A stretch of DNA of 64,000 nucleotides from a virus (lineage: Duplodnaviria; Caudoviricetes), in the IMG/VR virus record IMGVR_UViG_3300025732_000016, one strand, 5' to 3'. Both the position numbers and the translations under genes were made by a program. Position 1 is the stretch's first letter. Every line of letters starts with the position of its first letter. Under the pieces are notes generated by a model. It was given only the letters and a program-made list of their open reading frames with translations. It did no database searches and was not told the DNA's origin. This document shows positions 11,001 to 20,672 of this stretch, in pieces.

Positions 11001-11706
11001 CTATCCCAGTGCTGGTGTCTTTCTTCGGATCAAGCCCGAACGAAGACAGGCTGGTGTCAATGACTGTTGACCCATACTTTTGGGGCAGTTTGGAGTAATA
11101 CTCTGCGATCTTTTCTTCTACGTTTGCCCAAGAAAGTCTCAAATCTAGATTCTTAGAGAGCTCATCTGCTGTGTTCGACAGGCTCAAGAAAGAATTAACA
11201 GCTTCTGTGGTCTTTTGAAGATCAGAGGTTGCCTGCTCCTCAAGAGATTGCATAGTTGCAGCAGTCGACTCTTCATTCTTCAGAGTTTCGTAGATGTAAT
11301 CGTAGTCAGACTTCATCAGACTCGACTCGAAATCTGCTATTGCAAGTGATTGTTCTATGGAGGCAGCCGTCTTCTTGGCGTCTGATGCAGGAGTGTTAAA
11401 AATGTCCACCGAAGCTAGCAGCACTGGCCGCTCCATGCTTAGTGACAATTTTCTGCCTTGAGTCGTCGTAAGCTGCTCGAGCTGCGTCGAATTGTCTGGT
11501 AGGACAGGGAAATCCATTCTTGAGTCAAACTTCGCTGTTCCGATCGAATCTCTCGAAAAGAAAGAATCTCCTTGTTGCACAGTGTCGGGAACTGCGGGTC
11601 TTCTAACTTTTTTCCCCGGAAGAGAACCCGGACCTGTTGCAGCAGGCTTGGGAGCGAGAGGTTGCACAGTGAGCTTTGAAGCTCTAGTAGACCTTTTGAT
11701 GGGCAT
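8098..11706 (-). CDS. Large hypothetical virion protein (1202 aa, S/T-rich, predicted helical segments)
   Basis: Long open frame coupled by a TAATG overlap inside the structural block; no recognisable domain. Confidence 0.75.
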   Translation of the reverse strand: MPIKRSTRASKLTVQPLAPKPAATGPGSLPGKKVRRPAVPDTVQQGDSFFSRDSIGTAKFDSRMDFPVLPDNSTQLEQLTTTQGRKLSLSMERPVLLASVDIFNTPASDAKKTAASIEQSLAIADFESSLMKSDYDYIYETLKNEESTAATMQSLEEQATSDLQKTTEAVNSFLSLSNTADELSKNLDLRLSWANVEEKIAEYYSKLPQKYGSTVIDTSLSSFGLDPKKDTSTGIVKTISKVAAAASAESTTSTTQGTLLVGLSKGYFSVDAKVTSKDRLFDDGKITNYSSLSRLSKVSSCAEFLSRVFTDTFTGVTSSAVISTPTMYSGSNVFESQGLKTDNKITPSHYEGIINPAVKKLSTSGISNFTSKVSTSFSNSYEAAKTKTGIASANEAGTPIDIYLRLLGKLKDSFETLHSGKETSTFTNNAEITDALMMAFAMKTSTSSTKFNGFMRGVLLTLLLDEEYAFDAGTSEEYDEVNESKSEIEDSGDTSGTSPRTVGAKVGSRKLKTKTLEAAPTPNVDSIFNEPERIKNFPSDSLHFTKGKLLQLDSTTTSAARNSWGNSIWLSPSFTPGGSSEYANDYSIEGWNYNAPRASSVLTSVKDSLISGRGGYPSTGNVLFTEVYDGFKNFSRSENGKTIANSILEFYDELVALYEELYGKTLDDVAPDGLFITGNGTCTKRGIIDVIFECMGNLVNYFLGPGYVGVLEDEQITYTKSTTGGGTETVSYTQQSTVWYLSVNSNFYEILSFCESASQLSGDVTTYLSSAHTSSGLSATTSTVMYNSLASVLNDLVKRQKSTKIAVASLAAIADIINTSCENFSNAITSVAEKTASVSTRVRNDVVANFSSEVASSLSLKEKMYRGVSESFEESLSIYDVSAARWFYSYYKNDLSSDKTCLVMGIPAGLCSMLSRSEIEVKDDKVASGQLSMNKNLSKYSLTLAARSIQNPYASVTPLTIGRFHPLVNCYITDEIDENLTPLGVASSGAVSFECYDRGTSTWVSCSYEECRSFIGSGGNFSSAGDDQSLPNISRSIVDDAIRFHVVDAILKATVRVVSGIDFSAYSVCSSKRSISATAAGQLLTLLGTAREGLIPRGSLTASDFLEQTVDGNYAVIPYSSLSGKSPDLTTPSDHSLLLKLLDSGIFTAGTSANRVLTPDPFERVYCFVYDPNDLIVQQDGQQLRDTAAREISLCSIKVEAE

Positions 11707-14309
11707 TATCTCAGTACTCTATGGTAAGATGTGGGTTGTGCATCAATCGTCTGTGAGCTTAACTGCAGAGACGCCTGCTCAGTAAGCGCCTGGGTGCTCG
11801 TGGTTTGATTTCCGACTATTTGAGCTTCAGCTATGGTGGCTGCTGTGAAGGGGGTCACTGGCCTTATGATTATCGAAGACTCTGGCATCGGAGCAGGATT
11901 GAATGCTTCGATGGGCGGAGATCGCGGAACCACGACTATTGAAGACAGACCGCTGCTGGTTTCTAGCTTCTTCTTCTTGCTCTCTCGTGGTGAAGACTCT
12001 TTCCTCTCAATATCAACTCGATAGTAGTCTTCATAAGCTGAGTCTGCAGATTCAGCAGTGTCAACGACCACTTGCGAGTTAACAGCAACTACCGGGTCTC
12101 TCCAGGCTTGCCCATTGACAAAATTAACTTCGAGAATTGAAGGTAAAGTTTTCGGACGATAAGTTGAGATCTCGAATGAGTCTCCAGGAGTAAGGTCAAG
12201 GTAAACTGGACGAACTCTGTATTTCACGACTCCGACCCTTTCATAGAGCTCCCTGTCTTCGAACGCAGTAACTCTAAACGAGCAACCCAGTAGACACTCA
12301 ACCCCATCAGCTGATCCGAACACTTGAAAATGATCGACTTCAGTTAGGTCACCGTCATACAACCATTCTATTAGATTAGAGTCTCTCATAGTCTTCGTAA
12401 GAAAGATTTGTGAGACTGAGCCCCTGAGACGTGTGGTGGGAACTTCAATCACCCTCTTTATTCCGCTATCAATGATTGAGAAATCAGCTCCAGATTTGGA
12501 GTCTCTTGTAAGAGCGGCGTCTGATGGCAATGACTGTAGATACCTACCGCCAAAAGTCCCAAACTTGTACAGGGGCTGTGATGGGATCAAAGACGAAGGT
12601 GATTTAATGCCCAGGGAGAAAACGTAGACAGCTCCTGCAGAACTCGAAACCTTGTCGATGAAATCGAAGCCAGTGCTGCCTATCGAGATCTCTTTAGTGT
12701 AAGATTGCTCACCAGTCTCTAGATCTATTCTCTCTATCTTGCAAGAGAATACTTCTGAGTAGAGATTCGGATCAGAAACATAGCCATCTGCAGAGAGAAT
12801 AGTTGGCGAAACGCCGCTTGCGTTGATCGAGTTTATGAGATTCGTGAGGTCCTGTCTACCAGAGTCAGTAAAATCAGCAGTAATCTTGAACTTCACTTTT
12901 TGATCGCCGATGAGCGCTGGTGGAGAAACACGCAGTGAAGCATTGCTGTATTGCGTCCTATTCTCATAAACAACGACATTACAACTTTCTTTCTTCCTTT
13001 GCTTACGATCGTATGAGATGATCTTCGTTTCGTATGTGCAATCCGTCTCAGGGAAAGTGATAGGAACTCTTACGTTGTTTTCATTGGCTATCCGAGTCCG
13101 CGCTAGCTCAACAAAAGTTCTCTCTCCCTTAGTCATGTTTCTAACCATAACAGCGACTGATATGCTACCGGGTGGCAGTTTCTTGATGATCACTACAGAG
13201 TTTATAGCATCATTTGTCACGTAGAATGGAACTATTGAGGGCTTTGAAGAGTTTGATTGGCCCGAAACTTTGCTTCTCTTTGACGGCAGTCCATAAACTT
13301 CGCTCTTGAACGGAATAGAAAGTCTTCCGAGTCCCTCAGAAAAGTAGTGAGTTCTCTTAATCTTCGGCTTCTTTGAGCGAGACTGATTGTCTTCTCCCGT
13401 GAACTCTGTTGAAGTCAAAGAGCCCACAGAAATGATGTCTCTCACGAAAGAAACATCACTCACAATTGAAGAATTGAACACGTTATTGTCAGTGATTTTC
13501 CCACTCGGATCACTAAGCGCCAGTTTTTCCATTTCGCTGATGATCAGAGACGGTCTCACATTCACTTCAACATATTCTATCGGGGTCCCAGTACGATCTA
13601 GATAGCTAAACTCGTAGACGCTAGAGCTTAAGAACTCTCTGAGAGTCATTTCAACTTCTTGCTCGAAGATCTGGTATGCTGAGTAGATCTTCATGCGACG
13701 ATAGTCGCTTTGAGAAGCGACCGGCCTTGTGTAGTACGAAGGAAGCAGCTTCGACATTGCGTTAGAAGAGCTCTTCGCGGGATCAAGAACAGGAAACGGT
13801 TCTCTTAGAGTCGCAGGATCTATTCCAGCCTGAAGTTTACTGAGCAGATAATCTCTATCTGACTGCGGTTTAGCTGGAGCTGAAGCTATCTCTTGAGTAG
13901 CAGGTACCGACTGCAAGTAGTTATACTGTATGGGATAACCTGACTTCAGCGATGGAATAGCGGAGTCAGGGAGTGATCTCATGACATCGAAGTTGTGGAT
14001 TGCAACAGTGACGCTCTTGACATTCTTGTCATGTTGCAATTCAATAGAAGAAATGCTGCTGAAGCTCGGGTCAGAGCTCACGCCTGATTGCGTTGAAGCA
14101 GTTGCAATCTGTGGGTTGACAGATGTCTTGAGCTCAAGACGCACTGTTCTCCCGCCGTCTGCGACGACTCTAATAGAGTTAAAGGCGAACCTGATCGTGA
14201 CATAAACTAGCGGTTCATTCCGGTTTGGAGATCTAAACAATCTCACTCTAGATATCGGAGGGCTCTCAACTCTCAGGACGCCCGAGGTAAATTTTGCCAG
14301 CGCTCTCAT
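11706..14309 (-). CDS. Large hypothetical virion protein (867 aa) with a possible FN3-like domain near the C-terminus
   Basis: Long ORF with ATGA coupling to the upstream gene; LIEWLYDGDLTEVDHFQVFG...VKYRVRPVY is FN3-like. Confidence 0.7.
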   Translation of the reverse strand: MRALAKFTSGVLRVESPPISRVRLFRSPNRNEPLVYVTIRFAFNSIRVVADGGRTVRLELKTSVNPQIATASTQSGVSSDPSFSSISSIELQHDKNVKSVTVAIHNFDVMRSLPDSAIPSLKSGYPIQYNYLQSVPATQEIASAPAKPQSDRDYLLSKLQAGIDPATLREPFPVLDPAKSSSNAMSKLLPSYYTRPVASQSDYRRMKIYSAYQIFEQEVEMTLREFLSSSVYEFSYLDRTGTPIEYVEVNVRPSLIISEMEKLALSDPSGKITDNNVFNSSIVSDVSFVRDIISVGSLTSTEFTGEDNQSRSKKPKIKRTHYFSEGLGRLSIPFKSEVYGLPSKRSKVSGQSNSSKPSIVPFYVTNDAINSVVIIKKLPPGSISVAVMVRNMTKGERTFVELARTRIANENNVRVPITFPETDCTYETKIISYDRKQRKKESCNVVVYENRTQYSNASLRVSPPALIGDQKVKFKITADFTDSGRQDLTNLINSINASGVSPTILSADGYVSDPNLYSEVFSCKIERIDLETGEQSYTKEISIGSTGFDFIDKVSSSAGAVYVFSLGIKSPSSLIPSQPLYKFGTFGGRYLQSLPSDAALTRDSKSGADFSIIDSGIKRVIEVPTTRLRGSVSQIFLTKTMRDSNLIEWLYDGDLTEVDHFQVFGSADGVECLLGCSFRVTAFEDRELYERVGVVKYRVRPVYLDLTPGDSFEISTYRPKTLPSILEVNFVNGQAWRDPVVAVNSQVVVDTAESADSAYEDYYRVDIERKESSPRESKKKKLETSSGLSSIVVVPRSPPIEAFNPAPMPESSIIIRPVTPFTAATIAEAQIVGNQTTSTQALTEQASLQLSSQTIDAQPTSYHRVLR

Positions 14310-15196
14310 TCGACTACCAGATCAAATAGGTTGACAAAAGTGGGATTGCCATATCCGTCTTCAAAAACTTTCCCAACGAAGTAAATCGTTCTTTGCCTTC
14401 CACTTTCTCCGCGAGAAGCAATCTCACCATAACGTATGATGTCAAGCTTCACCAATCCGCTTGAAGAGCTTTCGAATAATTGCATGCTCACTTCATTTCT
14501 GTCAGTGTACTTAGACAGACTGATTCTTTGAGAATCAAGAGACGCAATCTCCGCCAGAAGCTTGTTCTCAGTTATCGGATCTTCTTTAACATCAGCATAC
14601 TCTCCCAACGAAATTTCGTTGCCGACAGTGCTAATAGTTCTTTGCACTGGCGGAAGGTAGAGAAAGTTAACAAGCTTACCCAGTCTCTTATCTGCAAAAA
14701 GACTTTCGACATCATCGATCGAAGAAGTTGAGGGCTCTCCTCTGAATGGTCTCTCATTGCTGACTGAGAAGCTGACTGATTCTGGCCTGACTGATAGACC
14801 CGGGTCTTCGAGTATAACGTCTTTAGTGGAGATCAGTCTCTGGTTGTCAAAAGCCTCTAGAGAGCCAGAAAAGATTAGATTTTCTACGGCGTCGGTTGAT
14901 TGGTAGGGATTCGCTTTCCCGCTTCTAGTGACCATGTAACCGTCACCACTGAAGCTGTTCAAGTCACCGTAATCATCAGAAGTGACTGTTATCTCATCGT
15001 TTGGCGTGCTGAACGCTTCAAAACCGACTTGTAGCGGATTTACTGCAACTCCGCTTCCGTCGTCTTCATAAGTTGCTCCAAGATCAGAGAAAGATACGTA
15101 CTTTACTGTGATCCCACCGTCAATCAGTGAGGTTCTTCCTCTTGACGTGAGACGTGCGTCTATCACACGAGTTTTACTGTCTAGTAGTCCAGCCAT
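14306..15196 (-). CDS. Virion structural protein, paralog of 5653-6354 at the N-terminus
   Basis: MAGLLDSKTRVIDARLTSRGRTSLIDGGITVKYVSFSD aligns by eye with MGFLDNSN..VVDAVLTDLGRQLL...FSIRRFSFAD. Confidence 0.65.
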   Translation of the reverse strand: MAGLLDSKTRVIDARLTSRGRTSLIDGGITVKYVSFSDLGATYEDDGSGVAVNPLQVGFEAFSTPNDEITVTSDDYGDLNSFSGDGYMVTRSGKANPYQSTDAVENLIFSGSLEAFDNQRLISTKDVILEDPGLSVRPESVSFSVSNERPFRGEPSTSSIDDVESLFADKRLGKLVNFLYLPPVQRTISTVGNEISLGEYADVKEDPITENKLLAEIASLDSQRISLSKYTDRNEVSMQLFESSSSGLVKLDIIRYGEIASRGESGRQRTIYFVGKVFEDGYGNPTFVNLFDLVVE

Positions 15197-15200
15197 GTGT

Positions 15201-15208
15201 ATATGTAG
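15201..15208 (-). promoter_or_regulatory. Putative late promoter motif CTACATAT, 4 nt upstream of ATG (leaderless)
   Basis: Intergenic instance of the recurring (A/C)TA(C/T)HTA motif; no Shine-Dalgarno before the ATG. Confidence 0.4.
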
Positions 15209-15254
15209 GTGCTGCTTAAGCTAATAGGCACATACTCACATGTGAAGGAACCAC

Positions 15255-16106
15255 TCAGGAAAGTTCAGTGTAAGTAGTTGTGACAGTCTCAGTAACCTCT
15301 GACTCGTCCTTGTCGAGGTAGCTTCCAAATATCCTGCAGTATGTATCTTGGTTCGTGCTCAATCTGTAGCTCGAACTAGCCAACGGAGTGTAAATCGGAG
15401 GTGTAGTCTTCTGCGTTGTTGACCAGTAGAACTTCTCTACTGGTCCTGATAGCACGTCAAAGAATTGACCGTGGCGAAGCGGCGAGAGAACATATGAGTC
15501 ATTGACAACTGTTCCGACTATTGATGTAGTCCCTGTCGTTGGCAGCCAAGTCTCAGAATAATCTAGCTGCCCTTCTCCTCCTGTGAAGCCTCTAGTTCTT
15601 ATGGTGCCTAAATCTGGAAATGGGCTTGTAGGAAAACCACCAGAAACTATCGTGGTATTTCCTCTTTCACCTCTTGAAACCTGTCTCAATTTCACAATAG
15701 CATTTGCTCCTACTATCTCAGCGCTTGCTGAGATTTTCGGACCGATACCCACAGACAGACTATTGAATGCTTCAATGAACAATTCCATGAGATCAGAGCC
15801 AGCGATTCCATTGCTTGAGTACGCCACGTAAGCAACATCGCCTGAAACATCTACGAAATTCGCCTGACTTCCTGGGTAGTTGTTGCTTGACATGATCAAT
15901 CGACCTTTCTTGCCAAGAGTGTCAGAATAAGAGAACGAAACGCTATCATACGAACCAAGAGAACCGTAGATGAAACTTTTCTTAAAAAGAATGGTTCCTG
16001 TCGCTGCTGTGCTGGAGTTTGGATAATTGCTCCCATAAACGTAGTCATCGTAAGCTATCTTGGGAGAAGTAGCTTTGAAGAAGTAGTTGTTGAAGTTTGA
16101 AGCCAT
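15255..16106 (-). CDS. Hypothetical virion protein (283 aa)
   Basis: Coupled by TAATG to the upstream LamG protein; S/T/G/Y-rich. Confidence 0.7.
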   Translation of the reverse strand: MASNFNNYFFKATSPKIAYDDYVYGSNYPNSSTAATGTILFKKSFIYGSLGSYDSVSFSYSDTLGKKGRLIMSSNNYPGSQANFVDVSGDVAYVAYSSNGIAGSDLMELFIEAFNSLSVGIGPKISASAEIVGANAIVKLRQVSRGERGNTTIVSGGFPTSPFPDLGTIRTRGFTGGEGQLDYSETWLPTTGTTSIVGTVVNDSYVLSPLRHGQFFDVLSGPVEKFYWSTTQKTTPPIYTPLASSSYRLSTNQDTYCRIFGSYLDKDESEVTETVTTTYTELS

Positions 16107-19100
16107 TAGATTCTCCTCGCTCCCGCATCCAGATAGAATCTTCTAGCTGCAGCTGGGTCGGTGTTTCCGTCTATCAGACCTTTCGGACCCTCCGAGCCAG
16201 TGTAAATTCTTGTGTACATTGAGCCGCTCAATAACTCCCCGTTGAAAAGGAATGACCTGTCAGAGATGATTTCTTCACCGTAATATGAAGAAATCGCTCC
16301 TTGCTGTGGACTCGATCTCTTTGGCAAGTTGATCTTCTCGCTAGAGACAAAGTCTCCGATGAGGACGATCTCAGCCTCTCCCGTGCCTATTCTCAGTCTT
16401 GAATCAGGCAGAATCTGATTGTAGTCTTCTTTCAAGTGTGTGTTCTTGAAAACTCTATTTGAGCCATTGTACTGTAGACCACCTCCCCGATTCTCCCCAC
16501 TAGTTGGGCCGTCGAGAAGACCATCACCGGGCAAATCATCTGTATCGACGTCGGGTGGTCCGAAAGTACCAGCGTCAAGACCCAATATCAACTCGTCTTC
16601 AGGTTCAAGAACTATAGGGTTATAAATTTGCCTTTCGCTATTTGTTCCGACTTGAAACGCTGATATGAACCTCCATCCGTAGTATCCCATGTAGAGGTTA
16701 CCGTGGGCGACGCTCCACTCGTCTGCAGCACTCACAGACGTATACCTTCCGAACCATCGAACGGCACTAGTATCGCCCACAGGGATGCCAGCGTTTATTG
16801 ATTGCGGATCTGAGATGCTCTCGTGTAGAAATGAACCCTTGTTGATCTGCTCTACACCAGTTTTTGCAGAATAGAAATCATGCGGAAAGAAAGAAAGACC
16901 AAACTGTTGGACAGTTCCTCTTTGCGCTGACCACGTCATGTCGGAGAGAGTTCCCTCAGACGGCTTAGATGGGCCCGCGAGGTTGACCAGGGCACGACAA
17001 TAAGAGGGAACCATAGAGAGTTGAGCATCAACGCTGCCTGTAGGAAATCCCGGATCGATCCACCCAGGAGTTGGTCCTGTGAGAGTCGTGAAATTGTCGG
17101 GTTGTATCGAAGAATATGGGTTCTTCAGTGAAGTTACGGCCATCAACGGGGGTCGTGTCCCACCGAGCCATCTATTGCACAAGAGAGTTACACCGGGGGC
17201 GACAGCAGTTGTGGCAGCAGTCGGTTGTGAATGATTGCCGAGAGAAACGTAGCTGTAAAGACGTATCGGCGGCGTCGAAAAGTCACCCTCTCTGTAAGCA
17301 AAATCTCTCTTCGAGCTCGCAGTTATCGGAATCAAACTTGGAGCGACTTGACACTCTGGCACCATGCTTGGCAGCATGGTAAGATTCAGAAATCTTGAAT
17401 CCGTATAGATTTGCGAGTCGGCGGCAGATGGAGCAGCTGGGTTCAAGAACCTTGTGACGCCCCAGTTCTTCGAATACTGTGGTGTGTGAAGAATCGCATT
17501 ATCAGTAGAGATTCTGGTGAGAGACTGGCTGAAAAAGTCTATCGATGAATCTGGTTGTGTGAGGCCTGTGTATAGCCCACCCGAATTGTAAGGAGAGACA
17601 CTCGGTAGCAATTGCCACTTTGAAGTAGCATCAGTGAAAAATCCATCGGTCCAGGCGCCTCCGAAGGAAGCAGAGTTATAGTAGCAAATAGAAGCGCTAG
17701 CTATCAGGTATCTTTTTGAAGTGCTCCAGTCAGCAGCAGTGTCCCTCTCTCTTGATACCCTTCTCTGTCGATACACAAAGAAGACATAATTGTCGAGATC
17801 CTTCTTGTTGGTGATTTGCCGATTCCAAACACTCACTGAGGCGGGCTCGATACCGGGATTCAGCCCAAAGCGTCTTTCAGCGGTGACTGGTATTCTAAGC
17901 TCTATTCTCTTCAGAATGAAGGGCCTATCAATGAAGTTCTTGAGCTTTATCGTTTCGTGATCGAAACCGTGGTACCGAGGAGCATTGGGGGCTCCAAACA
18001 TGCTGGTTGGCCACCCTATTCTCTCATAGCCTGCCTGCCTTAAATGCTCGACATGATTCACAAAGTAGCCAAACTGCGGAGACCAAGCAAATTGCGCCAT
18101 TATCTTATTAGACGACTGTTCTATGTCACCGTCTTGAAACAATCCACCTGTGTAGCCGTTACCTTCTAATCGTATGAAATTTGAAGCAGAAGCGCTGATT
18201 TTCGTGTAGTTGTTGTCGGAGGTCAGTGATGTCTCTGCAGCGTATCTCTTCTCTATCCACTTTTTCAGCACTGGACTGTAATACAAGAAACCAGTGCCGA
18301 TGAAGTCAGAAGAACCATCGAGTAAGAGAACTGTTGACAATTCCGGTGCTCCGAGGGACCATCCGGAGTAGTCAAACCTCGCGGCAATCGTATTCGTGTC
18401 CTCGTTCGGAAGCGGCACTCTTATCAATGCACTGCCTGATGCGATAACATACTCATCGTCGATCACGGGACTTGTCAAGTCTGCTGCATCGCTGAATGCT
18501 GGTGTTCGCTCATGATCAACGAGAAGGTTTCCATCAGAGAAACCCACGTTCACTTCTGGAGCCAAGAAATTTTCCTGGTACACTTCAGATGTTGAAATCG
18601 TAGAAGAATCAACGAAAGCTGCAAGCTTTGAAACTGGGCTCGAGTCGTAAAAGCCAGAGTTTGCAGCATTTTTTGATTTTTTTCTATCAACAAGTCCAAG
18701 AAGCCTCTTGGGAGCAGAAGTGTAAGACGTTCTTCTCTCTGTATAGACTCCGTCAATCACACCTTTGTATATTGCCTTGATCTCAGGACCGCTTAGGACT
18801 CTATTCCACACAGCTAATTGAGCTATTGCGTCGCCGTTACTTAGACTTCCACTGAAGAACGTATTCACTATTGGTTGTCTAAGAGTCTTGTTCAACAACT
18901 CAGTCGTTGGGTACCTGGGAGTGTTGTCTCCCTGGAGACCCAACAATCCGTCCTCGTAGAAGAAGGGAGAATGTCCAGCAGGAAAAGGTCCCCACGCCGG
19001 TGTCGTATAGACCAGCTCACCGTCTAGCCACATCTCACAAAGGCCCTCCTGTCCAGTCTCAGAAGTGTTGAAAAGAGGAGAGACCTCTGCTCCTAGTACA

Positions 19101-19804
19101 CTGCTCATGTTCACTTTGCGTGGTCGTTCAGCAGCTCTCTGAACATACACAATGTGGTGCCACCCTGAAAGACTGGCGGGATAGTACACTTGAGAACCAG
19201 TGGGAGGTTGTCCCACTGGGAAATACCTACCTCGATAGGATAGTTGAGCGCCAGATCCACTGATGACTGCGCCAGAAAGGCCTGCTGTTTTAGTCGTTGA
19301 TGCGATGACAAAAACTTGCCCTGGTAGGGCAGACCCGGTCATTGTGTCAAGAATAAAAGTAGCCTTCGAAGGTCCCGCATCCCACCTTGCTAAATTAAAC
19401 TGCAGACCAGCAGACCCAGAAGTCTGGATCACGTATGAAGAGCTTGTCGATGATATCGATGGTGAGACTGTGCTACCACTGACCCAAACTGAAAATGTGA
19501 GCTCTTTTGTCGTGAAACTAAGATAGTCTGAGACTACTGGTATTACTTGCTTCACATTTGAGCTAGAACCTGCAGCAAGACATCTTGTCGTTGATGCAAA
19601 CTTGCCCGTAAACGGAGAAGTTAAATTTACCGCTCCCGCGATTGGAAGCGGAAAGTTTAGACCAGTGACAGTTTCAGCTGGATCTTTGATAGACTGTTGG
19701 AAGGCAAGGCTAGAGCTCAAATCATAGATTCTGCCGCCCTCAGTCAGGGAGAAGAGCACTCTAAAGTCTTCGAGGGGACCAATGTTTCCGCCGAGTTTTG
19801 CCAT
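16106..19804 (-). CDS. Large virion protein (1232 aa) with N-terminal LamG/concanavalin-like domain
   Basis: LTFSVWV...SGWHHIVYVQ...MWLDGELV...IAQLAVWNRVLSGPEIKAIY is a LamG-3 signature. Confidence 0.72.
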   Translation of the reverse strand: MAKLGGNIGPLEDFRVLFSLTEGGRIYDLSSSLAFQQSIKDPAETVTGLNFPLPIAGAVNLTSPFTGKFASTTRCLAAGSSSNVKQVIPVVSDYLSFTTKELTFSVWVSGSTVSPSISSTSSSYVIQTSGSAGLQFNLARWDAGPSKATFILDTMTGSALPGQVFVIASTTKTAGLSGAVISGSGAQLSYRGRYFPVGQPPTGSQVYYPASLSGWHHIVYVQRAAERPRKVNMSSVLGAEVSPLFNTSETGQEGLCEMWLDGELVYTTPAWGPFPAGHSPFFYEDGLLGLQGDNTPRYPTTELLNKTLRQPIVNTFFSGSLSNGDAIAQLAVWNRVLSGPEIKAIYKGVIDGVYTERRTSYTSAPKRLLGLVDRKKSKNAANSGFYDSSPVSKLAAFVDSSTISTSEVYQENFLAPEVNVGFSDGNLLVDHERTPAFSDAADLTSPVIDDEYVIASGSALIRVPLPNEDTNTIAARFDYSGWSLGAPELSTVLLLDGSSDFIGTGFLYYSPVLKKWIEKRYAAETSLTSDNNYTKISASASNFIRLEGNGYTGGLFQDGDIEQSSNKIMAQFAWSPQFGYFVNHVEHLRQAGYERIGWPTSMFGAPNAPRYHGFDHETIKLKNFIDRPFILKRIELRIPVTAERRFGLNPGIEPASVSVWNRQITNKKDLDNYVFFVYRQRRVSRERDTAADWSTSKRYLIASASICYYNSASFGGAWTDGFFTDATSKWQLLPSVSPYNSGGLYTGLTQPDSSIDFFSQSLTRISTDNAILHTPQYSKNWGVTRFLNPAAPSAADSQIYTDSRFLNLTMLPSMVPECQVAPSLIPITASSKRDFAYREGDFSTPPIRLYSYVSLGNHSQPTAATTAVAPGVTLLCNRWLGGTRPPLMAVTSLKNPYSSIQPDNFTTLTGPTPGWIDPGFPTGSVDAQLSMVPSYCRALVNLAGPSKPSEGTLSDMTWSAQRGTVQQFGLSFFPHDFYSAKTGVEQINKGSFLHESISDPQSINAGIPVGDTSAVRWFGRYTSVSAADEWSVAHGNLYMGYYGWRFISAFQVGTNSERQIYNPIVLEPEDELILGLDAGTFGPPDVDTDDLPGDGLLDGPTSGENRGGGLQYNGSNRVFKNTHLKEDYNQILPDSRLRIGTGEAEIVLIGDFVSSEKINLPKRSSPQQGAISSYYGEEIISDRSFLFNGELLSGSMYTRIYTGSEGPKGLIDGNTDPAAARRFYLDAGARRI

Positions 19805-19805
19805 C

Positions 19806-20672
19806 TCACATCCTGTCGCTATACACTATTGAATCGGTTCCGTTCAAAACGTTAAGAAACGTCCACCCTGCAGAAGCAGATTTCTTGTCTCTTTTCTTGT
19901 AGTACGATCCCGCTAGCCCTGAGGCTATCACTCTACTCATCTCTGGGTCCTCGGTTATTGAGCTCATGTTCATCGTTGCAATAGCGCTCAGCTCTGATGC
20001 ATCTCCCGTATCGTAGCTGTCGATAAATGGGAAAATTGCTGTGCTTTCTTGATCCTGGTATGTAGTGAACTCATTGATGTGGTCTTCGCTTCCAATCTCA
20101 AAATACTTCGGTGACATGGACAAGGTTGAGGAGTAGTCTCTGTCAATTTCTTGGGTGATAGAGTAGAATTTTCTATCAACGCCCTCAGAAGTATCTCCAA
20201 GCGAAGCTTTCATTCCACGCTTCGCGTATTGTGGGAGGAAGCGAAATCCTACGAGCTCTGCTCTAGTCTCAAAGACTCCCACTGTTCCATCTTCTACTGC
20301 AGGATCAGCATACCCAAGCGCTGTCAATATTGTGGGATATAAAGCCAGTCCCTCATCTGTTATGTACGTGACTGGATCGAAGTCACCGATATCAGTGAAG
20401 ACGATCTCACTCGGCAGCCCTTGCCCAAGAGTTCTCCTCTCTGCGAAGCTGCTTGGAGCAGAAGTGATGGAGCCAGCAACGTCCATGTCAATGAGGTTCT
20501 CATCAAAGAAGTTGTCATCAACAACTCTGCCCAAGTAGACCATCAGATCGCTAGAATTTGGTCGAATCCTGAGAATCGAAGTGTTAAACTGCTGCTCTTT
20601 TGTGAGAACGTTTACACCTTCTCTTCTTTGCTCGAGGCTTCCGCTTTGTTGGTCAGTAATCGTTGACGCCAT
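19806..20672 (-). CDS. Hypothetical structural-block protein (288 aa, acidic)
   Basis: Open frame with TGATG coupling to the upstream gene; no recognised domain. Confidence 0.7.
   Translation of the reverse strand: MASTITDQQSGSLEQRREGVNVLTKEQQFNTSILRIRPNSSDLMVYLGRVVDDNFFDENLIDMDVAGSITSAPSSFAERRTLGQGLPSEIVFTDIGDFDPVTYITDEGLALYPTILTALGYADPAVEDGTVGVFETRAELVGFRFLPQYAKRGMKASLGDTSEGVDRKFYSITQEIDRDYSSTLSMSPKYFEIGSEDHINEFTTYQDQESTAIFPFIDSYDTGDASELSAIATMNMSSITEDPEMSRVIASGLAGSYYKKRDKKSASAGWTFLNVLNGTDSIVYSDRM

Noticed and set aside
15255-19804. Frameshift splitting one protein into the 1232-aa and 283-aa ORFs
   Set aside because: The junction is a standard TAATG stop-start overlap like others in the window; no slippery site seen.
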